Positions 21,874 through 32,893 of a DNA stretch of 64,000 nucleotides are shown one piece after another (position 1 is the first letter of the stretch; every line of letters begins with the position of its first letter). Below the pieces are notes generated by a model. That model had not been told where the DNA came from, ran no database searches, and saw nothing but the letters and a program-made list of their open reading frames with translations. A program made the translations under genes and the position numbers. This DNA comes from Psychrobium sp. (GTDB lineage Bacteria > Pseudomonadota > Gammaproteobacteria > Enterobacterales > Psychrobiaceae), in the NCBI GenBank assembly GCA_049607155.1, contig JBMYWG010000005.1, forward strand, positions 6,157 through 70,156, written 5' to 3'.

Positions 21874-23445
21874 TTATTCCCACTCGATAGTCGCTGGCGG
21901 TTTACCTGAAATATCGTAAACCACGCGTGAAATACCATCGACTTCATTAATGATGCGGTTTGATACCTTACCTAGTAACTCATATGGCAGTTGCGACCAA
22001 ATCGCCGTCATAAAGTCGATTGTTTCAACACAGCGCAGCGAAACAACCCAGTCGTATTTACGACCATCGCCCATCACGCCTACTGATTTAACTGGCAAGA
22101 ACACCGTAAAGGCTTGGCTCACTTTATGGTAAAGATCGGCGTTGTGTAGCTCTTCGATAAAGATAGCGTCAGCGCGACGTAGTAAATCACAGTACTCTTT
22201 CTTCACTTCGCCAAGTACACGCACACCTAATCCCGGTCCAGGGAACGGATGGCGGTATAACATGTCATACGGCAAACCTAACTCTAAACCAACGCGGCGC
22301 ACTTCATCTTTAAATAGCTCGCGTAGTGGCTCAACTAAGCCCATTTCCATATCATCTGGCAATCCGCCCACGTTGTGGTGTGATTTGATCACATGCGCTT
22401 TACCCGTGCCAGCTGCTGCAGACTCGATAACATCAGGATAAATAGTACCCTGACCTAACCAACGCGCATTAACACACTTTTTAGACTCTTCATCGAAGAT
22501 TTCAACGAATACGTGACCAATTTTCTTACGCTTGGCTTCTGGCTCATCAATACCAGCAAGTGCATCTAAGAAACGATTTTCCGCATCAACATGAACAATG
22601 TTTAAACCAAAGTGGTCACCAAACATTTCCATTACTTGTTCTGCTTCGTTTAAGCGCAGTAAACCGTTATCAACAAAGACACAAGTTAACTTATCACCAA
22701 TCGCCTTTTGAATAAGTAGCGCAGCAACAGAGCTATCTACACCGCCAGATAACCCAAGGATAACTTCATCATCACCCACTTGCTCTTTAATGCGTGCAAC
22801 AGCGTCATCGATGATAGACGCTGAGGTCCAGTTTTTATCACACTGACAAATATCAACCACGAAACGCTCTAAGATGCGACCACCTTGGCGAGTGTGAGTA
22901 ACTTCTGGGTGGAATTGTACGCCGTAGAACTGACGTTCTTCATCAGCCATCGCTGCATAAGGACAGCTATCTGTTTTTGCAACTGTTTTAAATGATGACG
23001 GAATAGTAGCAACTTTGTCACCGTGACTCATCCACACATCTAAAAATGCATTGCCATCTTTGATTTCATCTTCGATGTTATCAAACAGCTTACAATCGCC
23101 AACGCGCTCAACTTTGGCATAACCAAATTCACGTTCCATTGATACTTCAACGCTACCTCCAAGTTGTGCCGACATGGTTTGCATGCCGTAACAAACGCCT
23201 AATACTGGTACGCCAGCTTTAAACACGTAATCAGGTGCCACAGGTGAGTCTTCTTCAGTAACAGACTCTGGACCACCTGATAAAATGATGCCGTTTGGAT
23301 TAAATTCGCGGATTTTCTCTTCTGAAACGTCCCAACCCCAAAGTTCACAATAAACACCAATTTCACGGATACGGCGTGCGATTAACTGTGTGTATTGCGA
23401 GCCGAAATCTAAAATTAGAATGCGATGATCATGTATGTTGCTCAT
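21874..23445 (-). CDS. guaA: GMP synthase (glutamine-hydrolysing)
   Basis: 523 aa. The GATase part has LGVCYGMQ, the ATP-PPase P-loop is SGGVDSSV and the C-terminus is ATIEWE. Confidence 0.97.
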   Translation of the reverse strand: MSNIHDHRILILDFGSQYTQLIARRIREIGVYCELWGWDVSEEKIREFNPNGIILSGGPESVTEEDSPVAPDYVFKAGVPVLGVCYGMQTMSAQLGGSVEVSMEREFGYAKVERVGDCKLFDNIEDEIKDGNAFLDVWMSHGDKVATIPSSFKTVAKTDSCPYAAMADEERQFYGVQFHPEVTHTRQGGRILERFVVDICQCDKNWTSASIIDDAVARIKEQVGDDEVILGLSGGVDSSVAALLIQKAIGDKLTCVFVDNGLLRLNEAEQVMEMFGDHFGLNIVHVDAENRFLDALAGIDEPEAKRKKIGHVFVEIFDEESKKCVNARWLGQGTIYPDVIESAAAGTGKAHVIKSHHNVGGLPDDMEMGLVEPLRELFKDEVRRVGLELGLPYDMLYRHPFPGPGLGVRVLGEVKKEYCDLLRRADAIFIEELHNADLYHKVSQAFTVFLPVKSVGVMGDGRKYDWVVSLRCVETIDFMTAIWSQLPYELLGKVSNRIINEVDGISRVVYDISGKPPATIEWE

Positions 23446-23514
23446 GAATAACCCTTTATAAAATGATTGTAGAAAGGCGCCCTTTAGGCGCCCTGTCTTA
23501 AATGAGGATGGGGA

Positions 23515-24984
23515 TTAACCCATGCGGTAGTTTGGTGCTTCTTTAGTGATGGTTACATCGTGTACGTGAGACTCGCCCATACCAGCTGATGTAATTTTCA
23601 CAAATTGTGCTTTGCTGCCTAATTCTTCGATTGTGCCACAACCTGTTAAGCCCATTGCACTGCGAATGCCACCTAATTGCTGATGAATGATGTTAGCAAT
23701 TGGGCCTTTGTAAGCCACGCGACCTTCGATACCTTCTGGCACTAATTTCGATGCTTCTTTACTCGTTTGGAAATAACGATCAGATGAACCATCGCGCTGA
23801 TCCATCGCACCAATAGAACCCATACCGCGGTATGATTTGTAGTAACGACCTTGGTAAAGCTCAACTTCACCCGGTGCTTCTTCAGTACCTGCGAACATTG
23901 AGCCCATCATTACACAGCTTGCACCAGCGACTAATGCTTTAGCAATATCACCAGAGAAACGAATGCCACCGTCAGCGATAACTGGAATGCCGCGCTCGGC
24001 AAGTGCGTCTGCCGCATCAGATACCGCAGTAATTTGCGGAACACCAACACCAGTTACAATACGTGTTGTACAAATAGAGCCTGGGCCGATACCTACTTTA
24101 ACCGCGTTAGCGCCAGCGTCAGCAATGGCTAATGCACCAGCAGCAGTAGCAACGTTACCGCCGATGATTTGTAAATCTGGGTATTCTTGACGCGTTTGCT
24201 TGATGCGATCTAATACGCCTTGTGAATGACCGTGTGATGTATCGATAAGTAATACGTCAACGCCAGCTTCTACTAGTGCCTTAATACGCTCATCAGTACC
24301 AGCGCCACAACCAACAGCAGCGCCTACGCGCAAGCGACCCATTTCGTCTTTACAAGCGTTTGGCTTTTCTTCGGCTTTTTGGAAATCTTTAACGGTAATC
24401 ATACCTTGTAGCTTAAATGCCGCATCTACAACAACGATTTTCTCGATGCGGTTTTCGTGCATTAAGTGCAATACATTTTCAGAGTCAGTCGCATTGGTAA
24501 CGGTAATTAGCTTTTCTTTCGGCGTCATTAACGCGCTACAAGGCTTATCGAGATTTGTTGCAAAACGTACATCACGTGACGTAATGATGCCCAATACGTT
24601 ATTTTGCTCATCAACCACAGGAAATCCTGAAAAACCTAAACGATCGCGCATCTCGTTAATTTCACGAATAGTGACATCTGGACCAACGGTTACAGGTTTA
24701 GTGACCACACCTGACTCGTACTTTTTAACAAGCTCTACTTCGTGGGCTTGCTCTTCAACCGTCATGTTTTTGTGGATAAAGCCAATACCGCCTTCTTGCG
24801 CTAAAGCAATCGCCAAACGCGCTTCCGTTACAGTGTCCATAGACGCTGACAGCATTGGAATATTAAGGTGAATTTTTTCGGTTAGTTTTGTGCGAAGGTC
24901 TGCCGTGTGCGGCAGTACAGTAGAATGTCCTGGAACAAGTAGAACATCGTCGAAAGTTAAAGCTTCTTGAGCGATTCTTAGCAT
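23515..24984 (-). CDS. guaB: IMP dehydrogenase
   Basis: 489 aa beginning [18 protein letters not shown], with a CBS pair and the catalytic loop [11 protein letters not shown]. Confidence 0.97.
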   Translation of the reverse strand: MLRIAQEALTFDDVLLVPGHSTVLPHTADLRTKLTEKIHLNIPMLSASMDTVTEARLAIALAQEGGIGFIHKNMTVEEQAHEVELVKKYESGVVTKPVTVGPDVTIREINEMRDRLGFSGFPVVDEQNNVLGIITSRDVRFATNLDKPCSALMTPKEKLITVTNATDSENVLHLMHENRIEKIVVVDAAFKLQGMITVKDFQKAEEKPNACKDEMGRLRVGAAVGCGAGTDERIKALVEAGVDVLLIDTSHGHSQGVLDRIKQTRQEYPDLQIIGGNVATAAGALAIADAGANAVKVGIGPGSICTTRIVTGVGVPQITAVSDAADALAERGIPVIADGGIRFSGDIAKALVAGASCVMMGSMFAGTEEAPGEVELYQGRYYKSYRGMGSIGAMDQRDGSSDRYFQTSKEASKLVPEGIEGRVAYKGPIANIIHQQLGGIRSAMGLTGCGTIEELGSKAQFVKITSAGMGESHVHDVTITKEAPNYRMG

Positions 24985-25240
24985 TGCAACATCTCACCTA
25001 AATGAATATAAAAGGGATTAAATATTGCCGACGTATTATAGGGAATTATCCCTTAGGCTACAATCAATATTTGCGATTAATTTTAGTTTTAACCACAATA
25101 TCTCGTTATAAAATTGTAAAAAACAGCCTTTTTGTTGTCATTCGCGCCAAGAATTGACAAAAATCTAATTTTTCTCGTTTAGCTTTGCTATACTTTCCTC
25201 CCAATATGGCGATGTTGCTATCACCCTACTGGAAAACACC

Positions 25241-25807
25241 ATGACAAAAAAATATATAGACGCCCAAACCCTACTAGACGATTCATACAAATTAGGCCTA
25301 AAAGTACTCGATAGTGGTTGTAAGCCCAACTACATTATCGGCGTATGGCGTGGCGGTACCCCAGTGGGCATTGCAGTACAAGAACTACTGGATTTCTTTG
25401 GTGTAAAATCAGATCACATCTCAATTCGCACCTCTTCTTATACTGGAATTGAAGAGCGTGTATCTAATGTACGTGTACACGGTTTGGACTACATTATTCG
25501 CAACGTGAACAGTGAAGATACGCTGCTTATTGTTGACGATGTATATGACACGGGTTTAAGCGTTGCGCAAATCATCGAAGATTTAACGAAGAAATGTCGT
25601 AAAAATACGCCTGATATGAAGATTGCAACGCCTTATTTTAAGCCACAAAATAACAAAACAGATCGAACGCCTGATTTTTACCTCTATGAAACTGATGAAT
25701 GGTTAGTATTCCCACATGAGTTATCAGGTTTAACGAAAAAAGAGTTGTTAAACGATAAACCAGGCATGGACTTCCTACGCGATCGAATCGCACAAATGGA
25801 CGACTAA
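25241..25807 (+). CDS. Type I phosphoribosyltransferase, Gpt-like (purine salvage candidate)
   Basis: 188 aa with the PRPP-binding motif LLIVDDVYDTGLS. The overall layout parallels E. coli Gpt (GVWRGG.., DEWLVFPHE). Confidence 0.7.
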   Translation: MTKKYIDAQTLLDDSYKLGLKVLDSGCKPNYIIGVWRGGTPVGIAVQELLDFFGVKSDHISIRTSSYTGIEERVSNVRVHGLDYIIRNVNSEDTLLIVDDVYDTGLSVAQIIEDLTKKCRKNTPDMKIATPYFKPQNNKTDRTPDFYLYETDEWLVFPHELSGLTKKELLNDKPGMDFLRDRIAQMDD

Positions 25808-25818
25808 TTCGCCTTTCC

Positions 25819-25871
25819 CTATGCGCTACTAATAAAATATTCTTCTCTAGGTTAGTAGCGCATAGTTTCTC
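25819..25871 (+). terminator. Long hairpin downstream of the PRT gene
   Basis: 14-bp perfect stem CTATGCGCTACTAA / TTAGTAGCGCATAG with a 19-nt loop, followed by TTTCTC. Confidence 0.45.
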
Positions 25872-25962
25872 ACCATTGCAGCGCTCTGTTTGCATAAATA
25901 GGCTTGTTTAAGCACAAAACCCACTATACACTTGAGGCCAACTCACATATTGCCATTGCCTC

Positions 25963-27303
25963 ATGTACAACACGCCAAGCGATAACATCTACAACATCTC
26001 ACGCCTTAACAGCGAAATAAAACGTTTACTCGAAGGAAACTTTGGCCGTGTTTGGGTTAACGCCGAGATTTCAAACTTCGTCGCAGCTTCTTCAGGACAT
26101 TGGTATTTCACCCTCAAAGACGCGCGCTCACAAATAAAATGCGCCATGTTTAAAGGACGTAACCGCGCTGTGCGCTTCAGACCGCAAAACGGTCAACAAG
26201 TGATGGTAAAAGCCAACATTAGCGTATATGAGCTGCGAGGTGATTATCAGTTATTAGTTGATGTAATGGATCAAGCTGGCGATGGTTTACTACAACAACA
26301 ATTTGAGCAATTAAAATGTGATTTAGCTGCACAAGGACTTTTTAGTAGCGAGCACAAAAAGCCACTGCCAGAATCAATTCAAAAAATAGGTATTATAACC
26401 AGTCCAACTGGCGCGGCGGTGCACGATGTACTGACGGTTTTAAAGCGTCGTAACCCTTTGTTAGAAGTCGTAATATACCCTGCGCAAGTTCAGGGGCAAC
26501 AGGCTGCTAGCGAACTGTGTCATGCCATTAACCTAGCCAATATGCGTAATGAAGTGGATGTGCTATTACTTACCCGAGGCGGTGGTTCGATGGAAGATTT
26601 ATGGTGTTTTAATGATCCACAACTCGCCTACGCCATATTTAATTCGCAGCTACCAATCGTTAGCGCTGTTGGCCATGAAGTCGATGTCACCATTAGTGAC
26701 TTCGTCAGTGATTTTCGCGCGCCAACACCTTCGGCAGCCGCAGAAATTGCCAGTGTCAGTAACGAAGAGCAACGTCAAAAAAATGCGATGCTAACTCAGC
26801 GTTTATCTCATGCTATGAGCGCCAAGGTACACCAATATTATCAAGTACTAACTGAGCTAAGCTCCCGTTTAAAGGCCCAAGATCCTAAGTTTAAATTGGC
26901 GCAACAAGCTCAATATATTGATGAATTAAATCATCAGATGACGTCTGCTATTAGGCACCGTCTACACCACAACGAACAGCGTTTATCTAACTTATTTCAA
27001 CGCTTATTACGCCAATCGCCAGCGTATAAAATTAAGGAGCACAATAATGATAACCAGCAGCTGACAGCGCGCTTGAAACAAGCAATGAATCAACAGCTCG
27101 CAAGTCAACAAGCACGTTATGAAGGGTTAATTAGAGAGTTAAACTCGGTAAGCCCGCTGGCAACGTTAGCAAGGGGCTACAGCATCGCGTTAGATGAGAG
27201 TGAAAGCGTGATAACGGATGCATCACAGGTGAGTGTTGGCGACACCCTAGTCACCAAGTTACACCACGGTGAAATAGTATCGACGGTGTCTGAAAAACGC
27301 TAA
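25963..27303 (+). CDS. xseA: Exodeoxyribonuclease VII large subunit
   Basis: 446 aa with an N-terminal OB-fold (VWVNAEISNF..SGHWYFTLKD), the core RGGGSMEDLW and a coiled-coil C-terminus. Confidence 0.93.
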   Translation: MYNTPSDNIYNISRLNSEIKRLLEGNFGRVWVNAEISNFVAASSGHWYFTLKDARSQIKCAMFKGRNRAVRFRPQNGQQVMVKANISVYELRGDYQLLVDVMDQAGDGLLQQQFEQLKCDLAAQGLFSSEHKKPLPESIQKIGIITSPTGAAVHDVLTVLKRRNPLLEVVIYPAQVQGQQAASELCHAINLANMRNEVDVLLLTRGGGSMEDLWCFNDPQLAYAIFNSQLPIVSAVGHEVDVTISDFVSDFRAPTPSAAAEIASVSNEEQRQKNAMLTQRLSHAMSAKVHQYYQVLTELSSRLKAQDPKFKLAQQAQYIDELNHQMTSAIRHRLHHNEQRLSNLFQRLLRQSPAYKIKEHNNDNQQLTARLKQAMNQQLASQQARYEGLIRELNSVSPLATLARGYSIALDESESVITDASQVSVGDTLVTKLHHGEIVSTVSEKR

Positions 27304-27344
27304 AGCGCAGCAAGTGGTACTGCGCTTTAACCTAAAGAAAAGCG

Positions 27345-28898
27345 CTATTTAAAGGTGGCACTGAGTTTGTGAATATCTTTGCTGCAAGATTTGACCGCTT
27401 CTGATTGCACCTGAACTTGTTCGCTCATTTGCGTATTTTCTTGTGCGATAGAATCAACATGAATAATGTTGTTGGAAATTTCTTGCGCCACAGTGCTTTG
27501 CTCTTCGGCTGCCGCCGCAATTTTCTCACCTAATTGATTGACTTGATGCATCGCACTAACCACACTGCGCATGACCTCAAGCGCTTGTTCACTCTTATCG
27601 TTGCACTCACCAGCAGTTTGCTGGCTACTGAGCATCGACGCTCCCCAATCGCTTAGTGTTTGCTGAAGCGCTTCTACTGATTTTTGAATTTGCTCCGCCG
27701 CAACCTGCGTTCTACTTGCTAGCGTTCGTACTTCATCAGCCACAACAGCAAAACCTCGCCCTTGTTCACCAGCGCGGGCAGCTTCAATTGCCGCGTTCAG
27801 TGCTAATAGATTGGTTTGATCGGCAATGCCTTGAATTTCAGACATAATAGTCGCAATTTCATCGGCATCTTGAATTAACTCGGTGGCAGTGTGTGCAGAT
27901 TCACCAATTGCACTGCCAAGTACACTTATGCGCTCTTGCGAACGCTCTAACGCACCGATAGCATCATCACACTGAGCATTAACGCTATCAACGCGATCGC
28001 GAGAGTCCACGGTATTATGACTCACTTCGCTAATTGCCCCACTCATTTGTGTAATAGCCGTAGCGAGCTGTGATAACTCATCTTTTTGCGACAACAATCC
28101 TTTTAAACTGGTGCTTGAAGCACTATCGAGTTTAGATGACACATCAACGAGATTGCTCCCTAAGTCGCGACTACGTCCTAAGATAGTTCTTATTTTCGCC
28201 TGCGCTAATTGGTTGGGATAGTCTAAGACGCCAATTGGGCCGCCACCAGAAAAAATATGACGTGACGGCGAATCGATATCCGCTTTAACACGCTTGATAT
28301 AATTAGGAACGACAAAGAGCTCTTGATTGAGCGCTGCAATAGCAACACCTAGCAGACCGCCAACGGTAAATAATGTTGCAATCGGTGATTCAATCATTAC
28401 ACTGGCTGCCATAATGCCAATGGCTGAAGCGCCGCAAATAAGCATTTTCATCAACGGTGATAATAATCCACGCGCCGGATTTTTACCATTGTTGATCGCC
28501 TTATATAATGCAGCTGCCTTGTTAACGTGAGCTTGTTGCGGCTTCACTCGCACCGATTGATAAGCAACAACATTATTGCCTTCATACAGCGGTGTTACAT
28601 AAGCATCTACCCAATAATAATCGCCATTTTTACAACGATTTTTAACGATGCCTCGCCAAGAACGGCCATTTTTAAGTTTTTGCCACAAATCGGCAAAGGC
28701 CGCCTTTGGCATATCATCATGCCGAACAATGTTATGATGTTGCCCTGTTAATTCCTCAAGAGAATAGCCTGCGATATCGCAAAATGCCGGATTGGCATAA
28801 AGTATCACACCACGCGGATCAGTAACTGACACCAATTGCTGGTCCGCTGAAAAAGAACGTTCGTTTCCGCCTGACGAAGTATTCATGATAGATCCCAA
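27345..28898 (-). CDS. PAS-domain methyl-accepting chemotaxis protein (Aer-like architecture)
   Basis: 517 aa. The N-terminal PAS resembles that of Aer-type sensors (ITDPRG-like ..[21 protein letters not shown]..). It is followed by a hydrophobic hairpin and the highly conserved MCP signalling region ([33 protein letters not shown]). Confidence 0.9.
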   Translation of the reverse strand: MGSIMNTSSGGNERSFSADQQLVSVTDPRGVILYANPAFCDIAGYSLEELTGQHHNIVRHDDMPKAAFADLWQKLKNGRSWRGIVKNRCKNGDYYWVDAYVTPLYEGNNVVAYQSVRVKPQQAHVNKAAALYKAINNGKNPARGLLSPLMKMLICGASAIGIMAASVMIESPIATLFTVGGLLGVAIAALNQELFVVPNYIKRVKADIDSPSRHIFSGGGPIGVLDYPNQLAQAKIRTILGRSRDLGSNLVDVSSKLDSASSTSLKGLLSQKDELSQLATAITQMSGAISEVSHNTVDSRDRVDSVNAQCDDAIGALERSQERISVLGSAIGESAHTATELIQDADEIATIMSEIQGIADQTNLLALNAAIEAARAGEQGRGFAVVADEVRTLASRTQVAAEQIQKSVEALQQTLSDWGASMLSSQQTAGECNDKSEQALEVMRSVVSAMHQVNQLGEKIAAAAEEQSTVAQEISNNIIHVDSIAQENTQMSEQVQVQSEAVKSCSKDIHKLSATFK

Positions 28899-28978
28899 AG
28901 CGCATCTCGGCGCCTACAAACTAAGATTGGATTGAGAAACTATCATAGCACTAATACAAATCAAGTAATAAAATATTA

Positions 28979-30277
28979 TTAATAGTTTGCTCGTAACAAC
29001 AATTCTGCGGTAAAGAAGATGCTTAATACGATAACCAATGCGTTCAATTGCTTATAACGTCCAGCGGCAAGTTTAATTAAGGTATAGCTAATAAAACCAA
29101 GGGCAATTCCATTAGCTATCGACATTGTAAGCGGCATAACAATCGCGGTAATAACGACGGGAATAGCTTCGGTTAAGTCTTCCCATTCCACGCTAATGAG
29201 ACCAGCGAGCATCAAGGTAGCAACATAAAAAATCACTGGTGAAGCTGCCGCTAACGGCACAGCGTCAATCAGCGGATAGAAAAATATGGCTACTAAAAAT
29301 AGCAGACCAACGACAACAGAAGTCAGTCCTGTGCGACCACCAGCAGCCACACCAGCCGTACTTTCAACGTAGGTTGTCACGGTCGACGTCCCCAAACTCG
29401 CGCCAAATAATGTTGCTGACGCATCAGCAAATAACGCCTTGCCGAATCGCGCAAAACGACCAGCAGTGTTTAATAACCCGCCTCGCTGCGCCACCGCGAC
29501 TAAACTGGTGGCTGAATCAAAGAGATCGACAAAAAGAAATGCAAAGACAACTGCTAATAAACCAATATCTAACGCGCCACTAATATCCATCGCCATATAA
29601 GTAGCGGCGGCCTCAGGCGGCGCGCTAATAATGCCATCAACGTCACTTTTGCCGTACAACAGACTAATAATTGTAATTACTGCAATGGCCACCAACATGC
29701 CACCACGCCAACTTCGTGCAGCAAACCCAATCATCACTAACAGGCCTATAACCCACATAGCAGCTTCAAACGAAAACACATTGCCCAGTGTAAGTTGCGT
29801 ATTGTCGTCAACTACAACTATTCCAGCGATTTTTAACGAGATAAGTGTTAAAAACAAACCGATCCCTGTGGCTATTCCTTGGCGTAACGATAGTGGGATT
29901 TTTTCGACAATGAGCTCACGGATCCGAAACAAACTAATGACGAGAAAAGCAACCCCAGAGAGAAAAACAGCGCCAAGAGCAACTTGCCAGCTATGTCCAA
30001 GCTGTATAACAACGCCGTAAGTAAAAAATACGTTGAGCCCCATGCTCGGGGCTAATGCGATAGGATAATTGGCAATAAGCCCCATTAAAATACAGCCAAA
30101 ACTCGCTGCTAAACAAGTCGCTACGAACACAGCGCCTTTATCCATGCCAGCCTGTGAGAGAATCAACGGATTGATACACAGGATATAAGCCATGGTTAAA
30201 AAACTAGCTAAGCCACCGGTGACTTCTTTTTTGACATCGGTTTGGTGCTGCGCTAATTGAAATAATCGTTCGAGCAT
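28979..30277 (-). CDS. NCS2/AzgA-family purine (adenine/guanine/hypoxanthine) permease
   Basis: 432-aa polytopic membrane protein. The opening MLERLFQL..HQTDVKKEVTGGLASFLTMAYI is typical of AzgA-type permeases. Confidence 0.85.
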   Translation of the reverse strand: MLERLFQLAQHQTDVKKEVTGGLASFLTMAYILCINPLILSQAGMDKGAVFVATCLAASFGCILMGLIANYPIALAPSMGLNVFFTYGVVIQLGHSWQVALGAVFLSGVAFLVISLFRIRELIVEKIPLSLRQGIATGIGLFLTLISLKIAGIVVVDDNTQLTLGNVFSFEAAMWVIGLLVMIGFAARSWRGGMLVAIAVITIISLLYGKSDVDGIISAPPEAAATYMAMDISGALDIGLLAVVFAFLFVDLFDSATSLVAVAQRGGLLNTAGRFARFGKALFADASATLFGASLGTSTVTTYVESTAGVAAGGRTGLTSVVVGLLFLVAIFFYPLIDAVPLAAASPVIFYVATLMLAGLISVEWEDLTEAIPVVITAIVMPLTMSIANGIALGFISYTLIKLAAGRYKQLNALVIVLSIFFTAELLLRANY

Positions 30278-30457
30278 TGCGTTATTTGTTGAGCCATTAC
30301 AATTTGATAACCGCCGATTATGGGACTAAGGCGCTTGATTATCAATGTTATTTCGTCTAATGCGAGCAGATAATCATCCACTAAAGTCGTAGTTGATAAT
30401 TATTCCTAATAAACCTGTGCTATGATACGCCGCGATTTTAAGTTTAGGATTTATAAC

Positions 30458-31918
30458 ATGCCTCTATCTACATTAACGCCACAGCCGTTATGGCAGTGGT
30501 TTTCTCAGTTGTGTGCCATTCCTCACCCATCAAAACACGAAGAAGCAATCGCTCAACACATTGTCGATTGGGCGACAAGCAAAGGTCTTAGTGTAACCCG
30601 TGATAATGTTGGCAACGTAATCATTAAAAAAGATGCCACGCCGGGCTATGAAGATCGTAAAGGCGTAGTGATGCAAGCACACCTTGATATGGTGCCGCAA
30701 AAAAACAATGACACTGACCATGATTTTATTACGGATCCAATAAAACCATACATCGATGGTGATTGGGTGACTGCCGAAGGTACTACACTGGGTGCTGACA
30801 ATGGCATTGGTTTATGTGCAATTCTGGCTGTATTTGACGACGACACTATTGAACACGGTCCACTCGAAGCACTGCTAACGGTTGATGAAGAAGCCGGTAT
30901 GACAGGTGCATTTGGCCTAGAAGCGGGTTACTTAGACGGTGAAATCCTACTTAATACCGATTCAGAAGATGAAGGCGAAGTTTACATGGGTTGTGCCGGC
31001 GGCGTTGATGCCAATGCAACTTTTGCCCTAGACACTGAAGCTGCACCAGCAGACCATACAGCGCTAAGTATTGTCATCGAAGGCCTAAAGGGTGGCCATT
31101 CAGGTGTTGATATTCACCTAGGGCGCGGTAATGCCAATAAGGTATTAACTCGCGTGTTATTTGAGTTAGCTGACAAATACCAAGTGCGCTTAGCGAGTAT
31201 TGAAGGCGGTAGTTTACGTAACGCCCTGCCGCGCGAAGCTGTGGCTGAAGTTTTAGTGCCAACGAATAATGTTACTGACTTTAAAGCTGACATTGCGACA
31301 TTAACTGAAACATTTAAACAAGAACTTGCCGCAGTAGAGCCTGATCTAGCCATTTTCGTCGACCCAGGTGAAGACAGCGATACAGTGTTAGCACTAGATT
31401 TACAACGCCGATTATTGGCGGCCCTTTACAGCATTCCACACGGTGTATTCCGTATGAGTGATGAGATTGAAGGCGTGGTAGAAACCTCAAACAATTTGGG
31501 TGTTATTAAAACCCGTGGAAATAAAATTCACGTACAATGTTTGATCCGCTCACTAATGGATTCGCGTCGCATTGATGCGCAGAATACTATTGGAAGTATC
31601 TTTTCACTTGCTGGTGCTACAGTAGAATTCACTGGCGCATATCCTGGCTGGAAACCAGATACGTCTTCTCAAATTATGAGTGTGGTACGTGATACCTACA
31701 ATGATCTATTTGGTGAAATTCCAAAGATTATGGTGATCCACGCTGGCTTAGAATGTGGTTTATTTAAAGATGCCTATCCACATTGGGATATGGTGTCTTA
31801 TGGACCAACAATTCGCTTCCCGCACTCGCCAGACGAAAAAGTACTCATCGACACCGTTGAGCGCTTCTGGCAATTAACATTAGCGATTTTAAAGAATATT
31901 CCTAAAAAATCAGCTTAG
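30458..31918 (+). CDS. pepD: Aminoacyl-histidine (Xaa-His) dipeptidase, M20 family
   Basis: The opening LTPQPLWQWFSQLCAIPHPSKHEE is the typical PepD start. Metal-site contexts are HLDMV and VDEEAGMTGA. The ORF track starts at 30422, but ATG 30458 is the likelier start. Confidence 0.9.
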   Translation: MPLSTLTPQPLWQWFSQLCAIPHPSKHEEAIAQHIVDWATSKGLSVTRDNVGNVIIKKDATPGYEDRKGVVMQAHLDMVPQKNNDTDHDFITDPIKPYIDGDWVTAEGTTLGADNGIGLCAILAVFDDDTIEHGPLEALLTVDEEAGMTGAFGLEAGYLDGEILLNTDSEDEGEVYMGCAGGVDANATFALDTEAAPADHTALSIVIEGLKGGHSGVDIHLGRGNANKVLTRVLFELADKYQVRLASIEGGSLRNALPREAVAEVLVPTNNVTDFKADIATLTETFKQELAAVEPDLAIFVDPGEDSDTVLALDLQRRLLAALYSIPHGVFRMSDEIEGVVETSNNLGVIKTRGNKIHVQCLIRSLMDSRRIDAQNTIGSIFSLAGATVEFTGAYPGWKPDTSSQIMSVVRDTYNDLFGEIPKIMVIHAGLECGLFKDAYPHWDMVSYGPTIRFPHSPDEKVLIDTVERFWQLTLAILKNIPKKSA

Positions 31919-31947
31919 TCATTGTCCAAACCAGATATAGAAAATGA

Positions 31948-31987
31948 AAAGCGCTGTCGGTAAAAATACTGACAGCGCTTTTTTTTA
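31948..31987 (+). terminator. Intrinsic terminator after pepD
   Basis: AAAGCGCTGTC...GACAGCGCTTT followed by a T7 run. Confidence 0.85.
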
Positions 31988-32040
31988 TTGATAGGTTAAT
32001 ACTAATTCAAAGATATATAACAGTTACTTACACGCCATCT

Positions 32041-32877
32041 ATGTTAAAACCTTACGCCGCTCTTTTCGCTATGACTATTGCACTGCTGCTCAGTGCGCCA
32101 GTATGGGCAAAAGACACCATTTACTATAAGCGTGTTCGCAAAGAAAATTTCAATGCCGCAGAGTACGAACGTCGCTCTTATTCTTTAGGGCTACTGCGGT
32201 TAGCACTAGAGGCGAGTAAAGCAGAATACGGCGACTATTTATTACTACCGAAAAAAGTTCCATCGCGCGGAAAACGACTTCATTGGGCGCTAGCAAATAA
32301 AGCGGGTCTCGATGTAATGTGGGCCACCCCTATGGCACAATTTAGACAACAAACTAAAACCATCCCTATCGACTTACTGCGAGGCCGTGGTGGGATCATG
32401 GTACTTATTACCAAAAAACACAGGTTGAGTGAATTTAGCGAACTAACAACACTTGGCAAACTCGCCCCCTATAAATTAGGGATCGGCTACAAATCAAATA
32501 AAAAGCATCAATTTGAAGGTCTAGGCCTAACACTGCTTTTTAGCAAGAGTCGAAAAAGTGCATTGATTAATCTCAACAAAGGTTATTATGATTTTGTGCC
32601 AGCAGAGCTCTCTGGAACAGAATCTATTCTGCGGCAAAACCCCAATTTAGCCGTGCTACCACACCGTGTTTTTTTACGGGATAAAACGTCAAACTTTCAC
32701 GTCCATAAAGATAATATCAAGCTGTATAACCGTATAAAAAAAGGGCTAGAAATTCTCGAAGAAACGGGGAAATTCGAGCAATACTTTATCAATCATCCGA
32801 TGATGCAGGCCTATTTTACCTACGATGCCGACAACGCGCTTGTTCTGCACGATTTCAGTCAAAATACCAAATTCTGA
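32041..32877 (+). CDS. Periplasmic hypothetical protein (possibly a divergent solute-binding fold)
   Basis: 278 aa with signal peptide ..LLLSAPVWA. I recognised no catalytic motifs. Confidence 0.5.
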   Translation: MLKPYAALFAMTIALLLSAPVWAKDTIYYKRVRKENFNAAEYERRSYSLGLLRLALEASKAEYGDYLLLPKKVPSRGKRLHWALANKAGLDVMWATPMAQFRQQTKTIPIDLLRGRGGIMVLITKKHRLSEFSELTTLGKLAPYKLGIGYKSNKKHQFEGLGLTLLFSKSRKSALINLNKGYYDFVPAELSGTESILRQNPNLAVLPHRVFLRDKTSNFHVHKDNIKLYNRIKKGLEILEETGKFEQYFINHPMMQAYFTYDADNALVLHDFSQNTKF

Positions 32878-32893
32878 TGGCGCTTGTTTAATG

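Noticed and set aside
23475-23494. Tandem AGGCGCCCT direct repeat / GGCGCC hairpin between guaB and guaA
   Set aside because: This is a single short element in an intra-operon spacer with no other copies seen in the window. It is probably an incidental hairpin or a minor processing or pausing site, and is not reportable as a repeat family.
24446-24871. 141-aa plus-strand ORF, taken as representative of about 60 short ORFs in the track
   Set aside because: It is antisense to guaB. The many 60-140-aa ORFs nested opposite clearly conserved genes are shadow frames of real CDSs with Ser/Ala/Cys/Leu-rich junk translations. Examples are 382-609, 10400-10660, 10916-11248, 13362-13754, 22142-22441, 29239-30020, 34811-35557 and 40670-40966.
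30278-30421. Possible purine riboswitch or PurR box upstream of the NCS2 purine permease
   Set aside because: I saw no match to the conserved purine-riboswitch loops (UAUAAU...UAUGG...CUACC...GACUAU). I saw no ACGCAAACGTTTGCGT-like palindrome either.
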